Of a DNA stretch of 64,000 bases, positions 1-13,400 are shown piece after piece (the stretch's first letter is position 1; each line of letters opens with the position of its first letter). The stretch comes from Haliotis rufescens (Eukaryota): NCBI RefSeq assembly GCF_023055435.1, contig NW_025963890.1, positions 43,648,001 through 43,712,000 on the forward strand, in the 5' to 3' direction. Position numbers and translations under genes: made by a program. Under the pieces are notes generated by a model, which did not search any database, was not told where the DNA came from, and saw only the letters and a program-made list of their open reading frames with translations.

Positions 1-1284
1 TCCGTCAGAATGAATTCCGCTGGAGACACTGTACGGCCGGTCCGGTATTCCAAGTAAGTGAATATTCTATCACATTTAGGTATTGGAGTCATATGTTGTT
101 TGCATGCTATGTCATAGGTCCAACAATCATATGCCAGATAGTTTACAGAAATATTATTTGTTGAAGTTTGAATACACCATGAAAACTCTTACACATAACC
201 TGATTACAAGTACCCTATGTCTGACAAATGTCATAGAACCAATTTCGATTTATGTTATTTATGAATTTACAATTTTTATAACAAACAAATAGCAAAAAAA
301 AATATATAAAAGTAACTTTACAATCCAAATAAAACTCAAAAAGCGAACAAGTCTAAAATTGTTTGCTGGTCAAAGAAAATACATGACCTTTCATTCTACA
401 TAAGAAGGGGGTTTTAGGTCGGCATTAAGTTTTCAACCGAATCCATCGGATGGCTACTGAGGTCAGCTTCCAGGAATAAATAAGCAACGACCATAAATTT
501 CAACCGATACGAATAAAATCGCCTGTTCGTTCAGATTCTATTTTATAAAATTTGAAACGCTATGTATAATGTTTTGGGTTGCATTTTAATTGTTTGCCTG
601 TTTAGGGTTATTGCATGGTATGTTAATAACATGGAGACTGCTTCAGCCGTGGGTATGATGCTGGCAAATCTAAACAAAAACATAACGATTCTGCATTCAT
701 GGGTTACTATGCACCGCGAACACATGTGCCTTAGACGACTGGCTACACATGCCCCTGATTATACAGAAATACTATACACGATACCTTTTCTTTCAGGACA
801 CGATGCCATTTTCTTTCGGGACATGCGTAGAAGGCACCAACATTAGAAGTGTCAGTTTGCACTCAAGGGGGAATATATCTGTATCTGGCGATTACTAAAA
901 TATTTTAAAAAAACCCAGTCGTACCCTGATAGCAGCTTTCTTTATTCAATGGCTGCACAAGTCAACAATTAACTTACATCCAGATGTAACTGGACACTAA
1001 TTATATTCCTTTTTAAGCTGAGGGAAGGACGGATGGTGAAGACTGTATACATTACGCCTCTGTGTTTTAGTATGCTTGAGAGTGTGCGTTAATGGATGTC
1101 GCTGACGTTTAACGGAATCGAATATTAATTCCATTCTTGCACTATTAACCAAAACACAAGCAGAAAGCATATCCAGTTGCTTGCAGTATTTCGAGAAAGC
1201 GTACATTTGATTATTTTCAATTTTTCCGGACACTGATGTAATACATTAGATTAAAGATTACCCAAGGAAGATCTACAAACACGA

Positions 1285-1352
1285 GAGGTGAGGTGAAATG
1301 GGGTTTAACGTCGCGTCCAACATTATTGCATTTATATAGCGACGTGCGTGCA

Positions 1353-1405
<53 letters not shown>

Positions 1406-1672
1406 CTGCTTGTACTAATCCGGACAGTTGCCGATAACATAGTGCTAGCACACTGAGATGCCATGCCGCAGTTTAACATGAATACTCTACTCAGACACAG
1501 TGTACTGACTCCGAGCCGCAAAGTCCTTGTTTAAGCCTCTTAATGCCGAGCGCCCGACAGGGTAACAACAATTACCATCTTTTAACGTCTTTTGGTATGA
1601 CGCGGCCATGGATTACACCCCGATTCTTCCGCTCTCCGGGTGGACGCTCTACCACTAGACCTTGGAGGCGGT
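1285..1672 (-). mobile_element. tRNA-derived SINE family A
   Basis: A/B-box head, internal (CA)n, (TCACC)n tail, 11-bp TSD TACAAACACGA. Confidence 0.9.
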
Positions 1673-2857
1673 TACAAACACGATAAATTGTGGTGTGAGT
1701 ATAATTACCACTAGTAACGTTCAAACTTATATCTTCTTTTCAACTGTTTACTTTGAACAAAATTGATGAGGTATGCTTAATGTAGACTACAGAATGTAAA
1801 TTAAGATTCTCTTTTCTACGTCGTCGTGAGGTTTACTCGTATATTGGCTCTATCACGCCGTGTAAAATCATCACAAACATCATATCCGCGTTTAAGCGTG
1901 TTGCTATTGATCTAACTGAACCCACATTTATAATGGACTACATTATCTATCAATACAACGTGTCGCACAACGTTAACACTGACCGGATGGTCGCGTAGGT
2001 TGGTCATATTTGTTCCTACACGCGTAAACCGGTACACTGCATCATCAGTAACGCCATTACTATGAAATCCATGTGGCAGGGTGTGAACTCCTTTCATGTA
2101 TGTTGTAGCACTTTCCGACAGCTGTGATTTACGGACAAGCCAGTACCGGTAAATGTTGATATAAATCTGCCAGTCTAATTGTCATTTTTACGGGATTGTT
2201 TTAATGCATGAAAACATAAATCATATGCAATTTCATGTCCATTTTCTTTAGATTAGTATATCATGTTTTCTTTCATGAGTTTATTGAACATGTTCTTGAT
2301 TTGTAGGAATTGTGTCTCTGAGGGTCAAGCGTCACAGAGAGTGATACATATTGGTTTCTGTAATCTTCTTTTCACCACAAACACATTTTGAAAAGTATAT
2401 GTTAATCACAAGTGCTCATGTAGTGACTTTCGGCTTTTAAGATGCAACGATTCGGGTAAATATGTATACAAAGAAGGTTGCACGGGAATGCAATATTTGT
2501 CAACACATATTTATTATCTCATTTTAATACTAGTTATCCAAATAATAATTACACATCAGATTTTCATTCTTTATTCTTCTCATAACCACCGACAGTGGTA
2601 CATGAGTAATGACACAATGATTGACACATACAATATGAACAATCAATCAGAGTATATGACTTTATAGATCTTTATCTTTATAAATCTCACCTTTAAAGTT
2701 GCTTTTCAATCTTTATAGTTGGAAGTACACAAGAAGCATTTTTGATTCGACATGTTTGGACGGTAGAATATATTTTCTTATCGATATTGGCTATTCGTCG
2801 TTCTATAAAAGTTTCACAGCGTTCATAAACGTTGTTCTTTTGAAGTATTGGTCCATT

Positions 2858-4381
2858 GTATGGGCGGCCATTCGGTCAAAAAATACAAAGTTTAAAAAAA
2901 GAACAAAAATACGCAATTGAGGTCAAATATTACGAATAAAGAACTAAATGTTACTACTAAAGGTCAAAATACAATATCAATAGTCAAATGTTACGAAAAG
3001 ACGTCATAAGAAAAGAAAGAACAATGTGTACGAAATAACGTTTTCAATAAAGAACGTCAGTGAGCACGAAAGGACGTTTTCAATAAAGAACGTCAGTGAG
3101 CACGAAAGGACGTTTTCAATAAAGAACGTCAGTGAGCACGAAAGAACGTTTTCAATAAAGAACGTCAGATGGCGCTGCAGTTTGTAAAACATTCCGAGTT
3201 TAATCGGCTTGTTCCGCCGTGTATATGATAACTGCATGCCGAGGTGCACAATGTATTACGTCGTTCCTCGTGCACTCACCGTCTGACGTCACACATATAT
3301 AAACAGAATGCAGGAATTTCAGTGAATTTAATTATATGCAGTTATTTATATATTGTGTAAATTATAGCATCAGCTTTCTACAAATAATTTCTATTTACAC
3401 ATGCTTATCCTCAACATTATGTACTATGGATTTCACGATATATGTAGGGTTATGCATTGTTGAAAATTTACCTGAAATAGGTTTTAGAATTGTAATTTGG
3501 GGAAGAAATGACAGCCAAAGCTTTGACAGAAGTGAATGGGCATCATTGGTTTTGTCTTTTCGCGTACATTAGTCACGTGACACCGCCCGCGTGTATCTTC
3601 TAAAGTTGTATTTAAGCAAGGGGATTACATGGTTGGTTTCTTTATTATTTCTTCGCAAGAGTCAATTTTGTTCATCATTTTTAGATTAATATTTCTCTCG
3701 CACAACGTTCACTTTTCAGATGAAAATGTGCGTCTGAAACAAAACTTGGCATCATAGCACCCTCGTGTTGCACCACGCATGAACAGTTATTGGATCATTG
3801 TAGATGAATCCTAGTTAAGTGAGTGTTTTTTGAAGGTTGTATACAAAATACATTTACTAATGTTAGGCAGATGTTGGATTACACAGTATACTGTATTTAT
3901 GAAAAGGCCCTTAAGCGGTGACAAAGCTTTACGCCACATGTTTATACACAATGTGTACATTATACATTATAAATACATGTATATATATGTGTGACGTCAG
4001 ACGGTGAGTGCACGAGGAATGACGTACTACATTGTGTACCTCGGCATGCAGTTATCATATACACGGCAGAACGTTTTTAACAAGCCGATTAAACTCGGAA
4101 TGTTTTACAAATTGCAGCGCCATCTGGCGTTCTTTATTGTCAACGTCATTTCGTGCTCACTGACGTTCTTAATTAAAAACGTCCTTTCGTGCTCACTGAC
4201 GTTCTTTCGTACACATTGTTCTTTCTTTTCTTATGACGTCTTTTCGTTACATTTGACTATTAATATTGTATTTTGACCTTTAGTAGTAACATTTAGTTCT
4301 TTATTCTTAATATTGACCTTAATTGCGTATTTTCGTCCTTTTTTTAAACTTTGTATTTTTTGACCGAATGGCCGCCCATAC
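2858..4381. mobile_element. Foldback/MITE-like element with about 400-440-bp terminal inverted repeats
   Basis: 2858-3300 is the reverse complement of about 3984-4381 (GTATGGGCGGCCATTCGGTCAAAAAATAC...). The arms contain a 36-bp subrepeat; no transposase ORF. Confidence 0.85.
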
Positions 4382-5068
4382 CAATGAAACAAAACATTAA
4401 GTATTTAACACTAAGTGATTAGATTTAGCTATATTTTTGCAAATTCATGTGATTACTTGATAGTACCGGAGTAAGGGTGACAACTATTAGTATTCAGATA
4501 TGAAAGTGATGAAATAATGTGATTGCTTCATTTCGATTCCATCTATTAAGGGTCCTGTATCTTAGGTAAGTCCTTCGTCATTCAACACTTCAAAACCTGA
4601 TAAGTCATAGTTCGGTGTCATTTGATGCATGATTGCATCCACTTAAAACTGTCAATACAAAGTGTTGTTGATGTCATTTTGGTCGCATTCTTTCTTCACA
4701 TTTGCCAGAGGGAATAAAACATCGAGGTATGCTGACAACAATTTACCAATTGTGGACCCCAGTGTACACTACATGAACGTGTGAATGTCTGAACTACAAT
4801 ACCTTCGTAAGGCATGGGTATACAGACAACATATTGTTGTGTTGACTATTAAACACCTTGAATTGCATTTTGTAGTAAACTGCAGGTTTGAAGGTACACA
4901 AACACACACAGATAATTAATACACTGTCATTTGATTTATGAGTGGCATATGGCAGTTTTAGTGATTGTTTACTTTTTTCCTTAAATTATTTACAGTTTCA
5001 GTGCAGTTGTCAAAGGGAAGTAATTCATTTGAGAATAATCGATATGTTGTACAGCCTAAACCCAATGA

Positions 5069-5350
5069 GTGAGTGAGTGAGTTGGGTTTAACGCCGCTTT
5101 TAACAGTATTACAGTTATATCACGGCATGTCAGGTTAATCTGGGAGGAAAGCCCGAAATGATGGAGGTCTCAGACGTTTACCACTTCGGTGAAACCCACG
5201 AGCACGGGTATGGTGCTGACAAACCTAGAAACATAAACGGTGTGAACCGGGATTCAAACCCACAATCATAGGTTTCTGGCGTGCCCAAGGGACGCAACTC
5301 TGCACAGCTAATTGCGGTGCCCGAGACGACTGGGTCACCTGTGCCCCCTT
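5069..5350 (-). mobile_element. SINE family C (tRNA-like head with extended A-B box spacer)
   Basis: TSD AACCCAATGA, (ACTC)n tail. Confidence 0.88.
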
Positions 5351-5979
5351 AACCCAATGACAGATAAGGACATCAAAAAACATTGTATGAAATAAATATA
5401 AACCAGATGAGCAAGGAAGGTCCTTCTTTAACACACATGCGAGTTTATAGATCGTGAACATTCCATGTCATAGTAAGACCAAGAATGAGACGTACCATTC
5501 GCATCAATGCACCTCTCTCGAAGATGTTTTTTTCACAATCGTACTATGGTATTGATTCACATAGATCCAAGAATTCCAATGTTTCAGGAAAAACAGAATG
5601 ATGTTTTCAGGAGGCGTTTTATTATGTTTATTTATTCACAATATATACAAGCATGGACGCACAGGACAGTGATGTATGTGTATCTACATCCCCTGGTCTA
5701 TCAACTACCATAACATCTGCTACAATACATATACAGCAAACATGTGTCATTATGTGACAATCTGATTTTCCTGCAATATCGTAAACATTTTTAATGTTTC
5801 ATTTAAATGGCATGTTTTAAACAATGCCAATCCACAACTGTACATATGTACTGAGTTTATTACAATATGTGTGTATAATTACGGTATGTTACCGATAGGT
5901 TACAGATAGGATGTTGTTTGGTGTAGTGTTATTTACAAGTCTGACGATTTCATATGATCTTCTAGGGTAAGGGATGTGT

Positions 5980-8900
5980 GATATGTGTTGGTACTGGTCA
6001 TGATGGGATGTGTTTTGGTACTGGTCATGATGGGATGCGAGTTGCTACTGGCCATGGTGGGATGTGAGTTGGTACTGGCCATGGTCGGATGTGTGTTGGT
6101 ACTGTCTATGATGGGGTGTGTGTTGGTACTGGTCATGATGGGATGTGTGTTGGTGCTGGTCATGATGGGATGTGTGTTGGTACTGGCCATGGTGGGATGT
6201 GTGTTGGTACTGGCCATAGTGGGATTTGTGTTGGTACTGTCCATGATGGTGTGTGTGTTGGTACTGGTCATGATGGGATGTGTGTTGGTACTGGTCATGA
6301 TGGGATGTGTGTTGGTGCTGGTCATGATAGGTTGTGTGTTGGTACTGGTCATGATTGGATGTGTTGGTACTGGTCATGATAGGATGTGTTGGTACTGGTC
6401 ATGATGGGATGTGTTGGTACTGGTCATGATAGGATGTGTTGGTACTGGTGATGATGGGATGTGTGTTGGTACAGGTCATGATGGGATGTGTGTTGGTACA
6501 GGTCATGATGGGATGTATGTTGGTACTGGTCATGATGGGATGTGTTGGTACTGGCCATGGTCGGATGTGAGTTGGTACTGGCCATGGTGGGATGTGTGTT
6601 GGTACTGTCCATGATGGGGTGTGTGTTGGTACAGGTCATGATGGGATGTGAGTTGGTACTGGCCATGGTCGGATGTGTGTTGGTACTGTCCATGATGGGA
6701 TGTGTGTTGGTGCTGGTCATGATGGGATGTGTGTTGGTACTGGCCATGGTGGGATGTGTGTTGGTACTGGCCATAGTGGGATTTGTGTTGGTACTGTCCA
6801 TGATGGTGTGTGTGTTGGTACTGGTCATGATGGGATGTGTGTTGGTACTGGTCATGATGGGATGTGTGTTGGTGCTGGTCATGATAGGTTGTTTTTTTGG
6901 TACTGGTCATGATGGGATGTGTTGGTACTGGTCATGATGGGATGTGTTGGTACTGGTCATGTTTGGATGTGTTGGTACTGGTCATGATGGGATGTGTTGG
7001 TACTGGTGATGATGGGATGTGTGTTGGTACAGGTCATGATGGGATGTGTGTTGGTACAGGTCATGATGGGATGTATGTTGGTACTGGTCATGATGGGATG
7101 TGTGTTGGTACTGGTCATGATGGGATGTGTGTTGGTACTGGTCATGATGGGATGCGAGTTGCTACTGGTCATGATGGGATGTGTGTTGGTGCTGGTCATG
7201 ATGGGTTGTGTGTTGGTACAGGTCATGATGGGATGTGTGTTGCTACTGGTGATGATGGGATGTGTGTTGGTACAGGTCATGATGGGTTGTGTGTTGGTAC
7301 TGGCCATGATGGGATGTGTGTTGGTACTGGTGATGATGGGATGTGTGTTGGTACTGGTCATGATGGGTTGTGTGTTGGTACACGTCATGATGGGATGTGT
7401 GTTGGTACTGGTCATGATGGGATGTGTGTTGGTACTGGTCATGATGGGATGTGTGTTGGTACTGGTCATGATGGGATGTGTGTTGGTACTGGTCATGATG
7501 GGATGCGAGTTGCTACTGGTCATGATGGGATGTGTGTTGGTACAGGTCATGATGGGTTGTGTGTTGGTACTGGTCATGATGGGATGTGTGTTGGTACAGG
7601 TCATGATGAGATGTGTGTTGGTACTGGTCATGATGGGATGTGTGTTGGTGCTGGTCATGATGGGTTGTGTGTTGGTACTGGTCATGATGGGATGTGTGTT
7701 GGTGCTGGTCATCATGGGTTGTGTGTTGGTACTGGTCATGATGGGATGTGTGTTGGTACTGGTGATGATGGGATGTGTGTTGGTACAGGTCATGATGGGA
7801 TGCGAGTTGCTACTGGTCATGATGGGATGTGTGTTGGTGCTGGTCATGATGGGATGTGTGTTGGTACTGGTCATGATTGGATGTGTGTTGGTACTGGTCA
7901 TGATGAGATGTGTGTTGGTGCTGGTCATGATGGGTTGTGTGTTGGTACTGGTCATGATGGGATGTGTGTTGGTACTGGTGATGATGGGATGTGTGTTGGT
8001 ACAGGTCATGATGGGATGTGTGTTGGTACAGGTCATGATGGGATGTCTGTTGGTACTGGACATGGTGGGATGTGTGTTGGCACTGGTGATGATGGGCTGT
8101 GTGTTGGTGCTGGTCATGATGGGATGTGTGTTGGTGCTGGTCATGATGGGTTGTGTGTTGGTACTGGTCATGATGGGATGTGTGTTGGTACTGGTGATGA
8201 TGGGATGTGTGTTGGTACAGGTCATGATGGGATGTGTGTTGGTACAGGTCATGATGGGATGTGTGTTGGTACTGGACATGGTGGGATGTGTGTTGGCACT
8301 GGTGATGATGGGCTGTGTGTTGGTGCTGGTGATGATGGGATGTGTGTTGGCACGGGTCATGATGGGATGTGTGTTGGTACAGGTCATGGTGGGTTGTGTG
8401 TTGGTACTGGTCATGATGGGATGCGAGTTGCTACTGGTCATGATGGGATGTGTGTTGGTGCTGGTCATGATGGGTTGTGTGTTGGTACAGGTCATGATGG
8501 GATGTGTGTTGCTACTGGTGATGATGGGATGTGTGTTGGTACAGGTCATGATGGGTTGTGTGTTGGTACTGGCCATGATGGGATGTGTGTTGGTACTGGT
8601 GATGATGAGATGTGTGTTGGTACTGGTCATGATGGGTTGTGTGTTGGTACACGTCATGATGGGATGTGTGTTGGTACTGGTCATGATGGGATGTGTGTTG
8701 GTACTGGTCATGATGGGATGTGTGTTGGTACTGGTCATGATGGGATGTGTGTTGGTACTGGTCATGATGGGATGTGTGTTGGTACTGGTCATGATGGGAT
8801 GTGTGTTGGTACTGGTCATGATGGGATGTGTGTTGGTACAGGTCATGATGAGATGTGTGTTGGTACTGGTCATGATGGGATGTGTGTTGGTGCTGGTCAT

Positions 8901-10105
8901 GATGGGTTGTGTGTTGGTACTGGTCATGATGGGATGTGTGTTGGTGCTGGTCATCATGGGTTGTGTGTTGGTACTGGTCATGATGGGATGTGTGTTGGTA
9001 CTGGTGATGATGGGATGTGTGTTGGTACAGGTCATGATGGGATGCGAGTTGCTACTGGTCATGATGGGATGTGTGTTGGTGCTGGTCATGATGGGATGTG
9101 TGTTGGTACTGGTCATGATTGGATGTGTGTTGGTACTGGTCATGATGAGATGTGTGTTGGTGCTGGTCATGATGGGTTGTGTGTTGGTACTGGTCATGAT
9201 GGGATGTGTGTTGGTACTGGTGATGATGGGATGTGTGTTGGTACAGGTCATGATGGGATGTGTGTTGGTACAGGTCATGATGGGATGTCTGTTGGTACTG
9301 GACATGGTGGGATGTGTGTTGGCACTGGTGATGATGGGCTGTGTGTTGGTGCTGGTCATGATGGGATGTGTGTTGGTGCTGGTCATGATGGGTTGTGTGT
9401 TGGTACTGGTCATGATGGGATGTGTGTTGGTACTGGTGATGATGGGATGTGTGTTGGTACAGGTCATGATGGGATGTGTGTTGGTACAGGTCATGATGGG
9501 ATGTGTGTTGGTACTGGACATGGTGGGATGTGTGTTGGCACTGGTGATGATGGGCTGTGTGTTGGTGCTGGTGATGATGGGATGTGTGTTGGCACGGGTC
9601 ATGATGGGATGTGTGTTGGTACAGGTCATGGTGGGTTGTGTGTTGGTGCTGGTCATGATGGAATGTGTGTTGGTACTGGTGATGATGGGATGTGTGTTGG
9701 TACTGGTCATGATGGGATGTGTTTTGGTACAAGTCATGATGGGATGTGTGTTGGTACAGGTCATGATGGAATGTGTGCTGGTACTGGTCATGATGGGTTG
9801 TGTGTTGGCACTGGCCATGATGGGATTTGTGTTGGTACTGGTCATGATGGGATGTGTGTTGGTACAGGTCATGATGGGTTGTGTGTTGGTGCTGGTCATG
9901 ATGGGATGTGTGTTGGTACAGGTCATGGTGGGTTGTGTGTTGGTACTGGTCATGATGGGATGTGTGTTGGTACTGGTCATGATGAGATGTGTGTTGGTAC
10001 AGGTCATGATGGGATGTGTTGGTACAGGTCATGATGGGTTGTGTGTTGGTACTGGTCATGATGGGTTGTGTGTTGGTACTGCCTATGATGGGATGTGTGT
10101 TGGTA
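5980..10105. repeat. 27-bp minisatellite array (CATGATGGGATGTGTGTTGGTACTGGT), about 150 units
   Basis: Direct inspection; the 9-aa periodicity in the ORF track agrees. Confidence 0.97.
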
Positions 10106-10411
10106 TATACGTACAGATCTCTTACCCGAGAAGATCATAAATGAGGAAGCAACAACACAACTTCGCCAAGCATGACAGCACTTTATAAAAGTGACAATTC
10201 CTCGTTTTATCAGAAGGCTGAGAGCATGTCAGTCATTGAACAGTAAACGTGGTCGACATACTCGAAACAGATCGCACAGAATATTTGAGGCTTTGTGAAT
10301 TAACCTGAGAATGCTCAACATAGGTAAATACTTCGTTCACTTATTGTTTTCTGTTTGTCGATGCACTTGATCAAGACATGTGAGTTGGACTGATCCTTGT
10401 CCGCCTTCCTA

Positions 10412-13400
10412 TCACCTCATCAGCACACCGTTACACCTGCAATGAACAACGGGAAGTATGTCATAATGTTCACTACTAATTATTTCCCGATAATATGATA
10501 ACTTATAATCATGATGCAGTTTACTGAAGTTTTTGCTTGACAAATCCACCTAAAACATTGAATTGTGAAATTCGACTGTATGATGCCAATTACATACATG
10601 TGTGTTCCGCCTTGTACTGCGGCAAAAGACTCCAACGTCATTTAAACGATAAACACACTCAATTGAATGCAGTTCATGACTGCCATAAGTGTTTCGATAT
10701 CACAGCACACCTTCTCCATTCCCTGCTAACTTGGTGGGTGGGGGTGTCACAGGTGGACTAGTCGTCTAAGGCGCCGCGATACGCTGTGCAGAGTTGCATC
10801 CCTTGGGCACACCAGAAACCTGATTGTGGGTTGGAATCCCGGTTCGCCCCGATTATGTTTGTAGATTTCTCAGCGCAATATCCGTTTCATCGAAGTGGTA
10901 AACGTATGAGACCTGCATCACTTCGGGCTTTTCTCCCACATTAAGCTGACACGCCGTGATATAACTGGAATACTGTTAAAAGCGGCGTTAAACCCAACTC
11001 ACTGACTGAATCCTGTTAACTGGACTGGTCTTTGTCAACAATGGAACATTTACGTACACGGGATGATGTCTGAAGTTCTCCCAGCATCGCTGACACTGAA
11101 GCCACACAGGTCTACAATTGTCAGGCAGTATCCCCCGGGTCTGCAGGGCTCCGATCAGGGCACTGTACAGGAGAACGTACTGATCCTGCAATCATTAATA
11201 TAATTTTTGTTTTCCTTGTGCATGAATGGGTCAGTCTTCTTAGGCGTCACAATTCACTGTGAAGAGTTGCTTCCCTTTAATTTGCAAGAAATTAGTGATC
11301 TTTCGTTATAATCCAAGGTTTTAAGATTTATTTAGTGGAAAATATCCCTCCCGGATCAAGCTAACATGCCGTGATATAATTGAAATGCTGTTCAAAGCGG
11401 CGTTAAAAACATCCACTTGGTTGCTGAAACCAAACATACACATGTATATTTTAGACGAAAGCAAGAACAGTTACTGAGGAAAACGTAGATATAATCCGTG
11501 CATACCTCACAAAACATACACATGAACACCGCTGGAGTAATCATTCGAATAAACTATAAAGGTATTGGACAATAGCGTATCTCTGTCGAGAACGAATTAC
11601 CCAATATTGAACCAAAACATATGACATATTTGTCGCCTACACACATCATACATCTGAGAGCAGTTGTTATGAAATCACTAAATGAATCAGATACATCTGT
11701 ATCTGTTATCAGAACATATAAACATTCAAAGGCACAAAGAATCACGAGGTGAGGTGAGGTGAAATGGGGTTTAACGTCGCGTCCAAGATTATTGCACTTA
11801 TATAGCGACGTGCATGTACATGGGTGTGTTTGTGTGGCTGCTTGTACTAGTCCGGACTGATGCCGATTTATAGTGCTAGCTCACTGAGATTCCATGCCGC
11901 AGTTTAACATGAATACCCCACTCAGACACAGTATACTGACTCCGAGCCGACCAGTCCTTGTTTTAGCCCCTTAATGCCGAGCGCCAGACAGGGTAACAAC
12001 AAGTACCATCTTTTAACGTCTTTTGGTATGACGCAGCCGGGGATCGAACCCCGGACCTTCCGCTCTCCGGGCGGACGCTCTACCACTAGACCACGGAGGC
12101 GGTCCGAAGAATCACGAATCGCAAATTGAAACATATGTAAAGTCAATGTTTCGTTACCTCCGTGTGAACCATGTTCATTCTCTGCATACGGAATCCCTGG
12201 ACACATTCAAATACACAGGCTCGGGAGTCATCCCTTGCCTGCTCAATCAGATACACCAGGGCTAGGAACGTCCCAGTCCGTCCAACTCCAGCACTTAATG
12301 AGAAACAATTACCTTTCACAGCTGTCAACGTCTTATGTTTATTATCATTTTAAACAAACACAATGTATTAAGATGTGTAACAGCTTTGTATTCAAATTGT
12401 ATGCTACCTGTAGACTAGAACAGCTCACTCCTTTCGAGAACACCTTGTGTCTTCCTGATTTTTCCGGAACCACATAAAATGTTCACAGCTGTTTTGCCTT
12501 ATGCGCCCAATGGAAAATATTGTGCAGGTACTCGAGATTGATTGTTCTCTCACTTGAATATTAATGTTTAATGTAGTATTATCAATATAACCTCTGTTGC
12601 AAAAGGGCTGCACTCTTTGGGTTTCATGTCCAATTATAAAACAACATGCTTTGCAGACAAAGCGTTCGAATCCCGGTTCGCCCCGATTATGTTTATATGT
12701 TTGTCAGCACCATATCCGTGCTCGTGGGTTTCACCCAAGGGGTAAACATTTGAAACCTACATCACTTCGGGCTTTCCTCCCACATTAAGCTGACACGCCG
12801 TGATATAACTGGAATACTGTTAAAAGTGCCGTTAAACCCAACTCACTCACTAACTGCAGATAGAGCGCAAAGATTTTGTCAAAGATTAAACTAGGTTGTA
12901 CATGTGTTATAACTGTACTTTCAACATGTTTGCCTTTACAAAATTTAACATATTAAGTATTGTTATTGAATTAAATTGCATAAGACTACACAATTACGTT
13001 TTCGCCATAAAAAGTGTAAATGATAGCCAACTAGACACAGTAAACGACACCTGCAGTGCACCACTGTTGTGCCTCCCTCGTCTTTGTCTGTGTTCCTCAC
13101 AACTTTATAGAAGTCGATAAGTGACGTCACTTCCTCAGGGACACCGTAGGCCGGCCAGGACGTGTAGTGCAGGTGGTGAATCACCCTTGTTGGAGTGTTG
13201 GGCTTTTATAAAAGTGAAATCAATGTCTGGATGACATGTGCATGGTGAATCATGCGACAGTCATACAATACGAAATGAATATAAGTAGCTTTATGAATAA
13301 GGCATGTTTTGTTTGTTTGTTTGTTTGTTTGTTTGTTGTTTTACGCCTCACTCAGCAATATTCCAGCTATATGACAGCGGTCTGTAAATAATCGAGTCTG

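Noticed and set aside
1-60. Possible plus-strand exon end (CAA|GTAAGT at about 53)
   Set aside because: Too short and cut by the window edge; no downstream partner exon was found.
6897-10140. Three ORFs over 1000 aa (mucin-like MTSTNTHPI, GHDGMCVGT and VLVMMGC repeats)
   Set aside because: A 27-bp unit without stops is open in several frames on both strands. There is no unique coding flank or splice context, and 25-bp units break the frames at the array edge.
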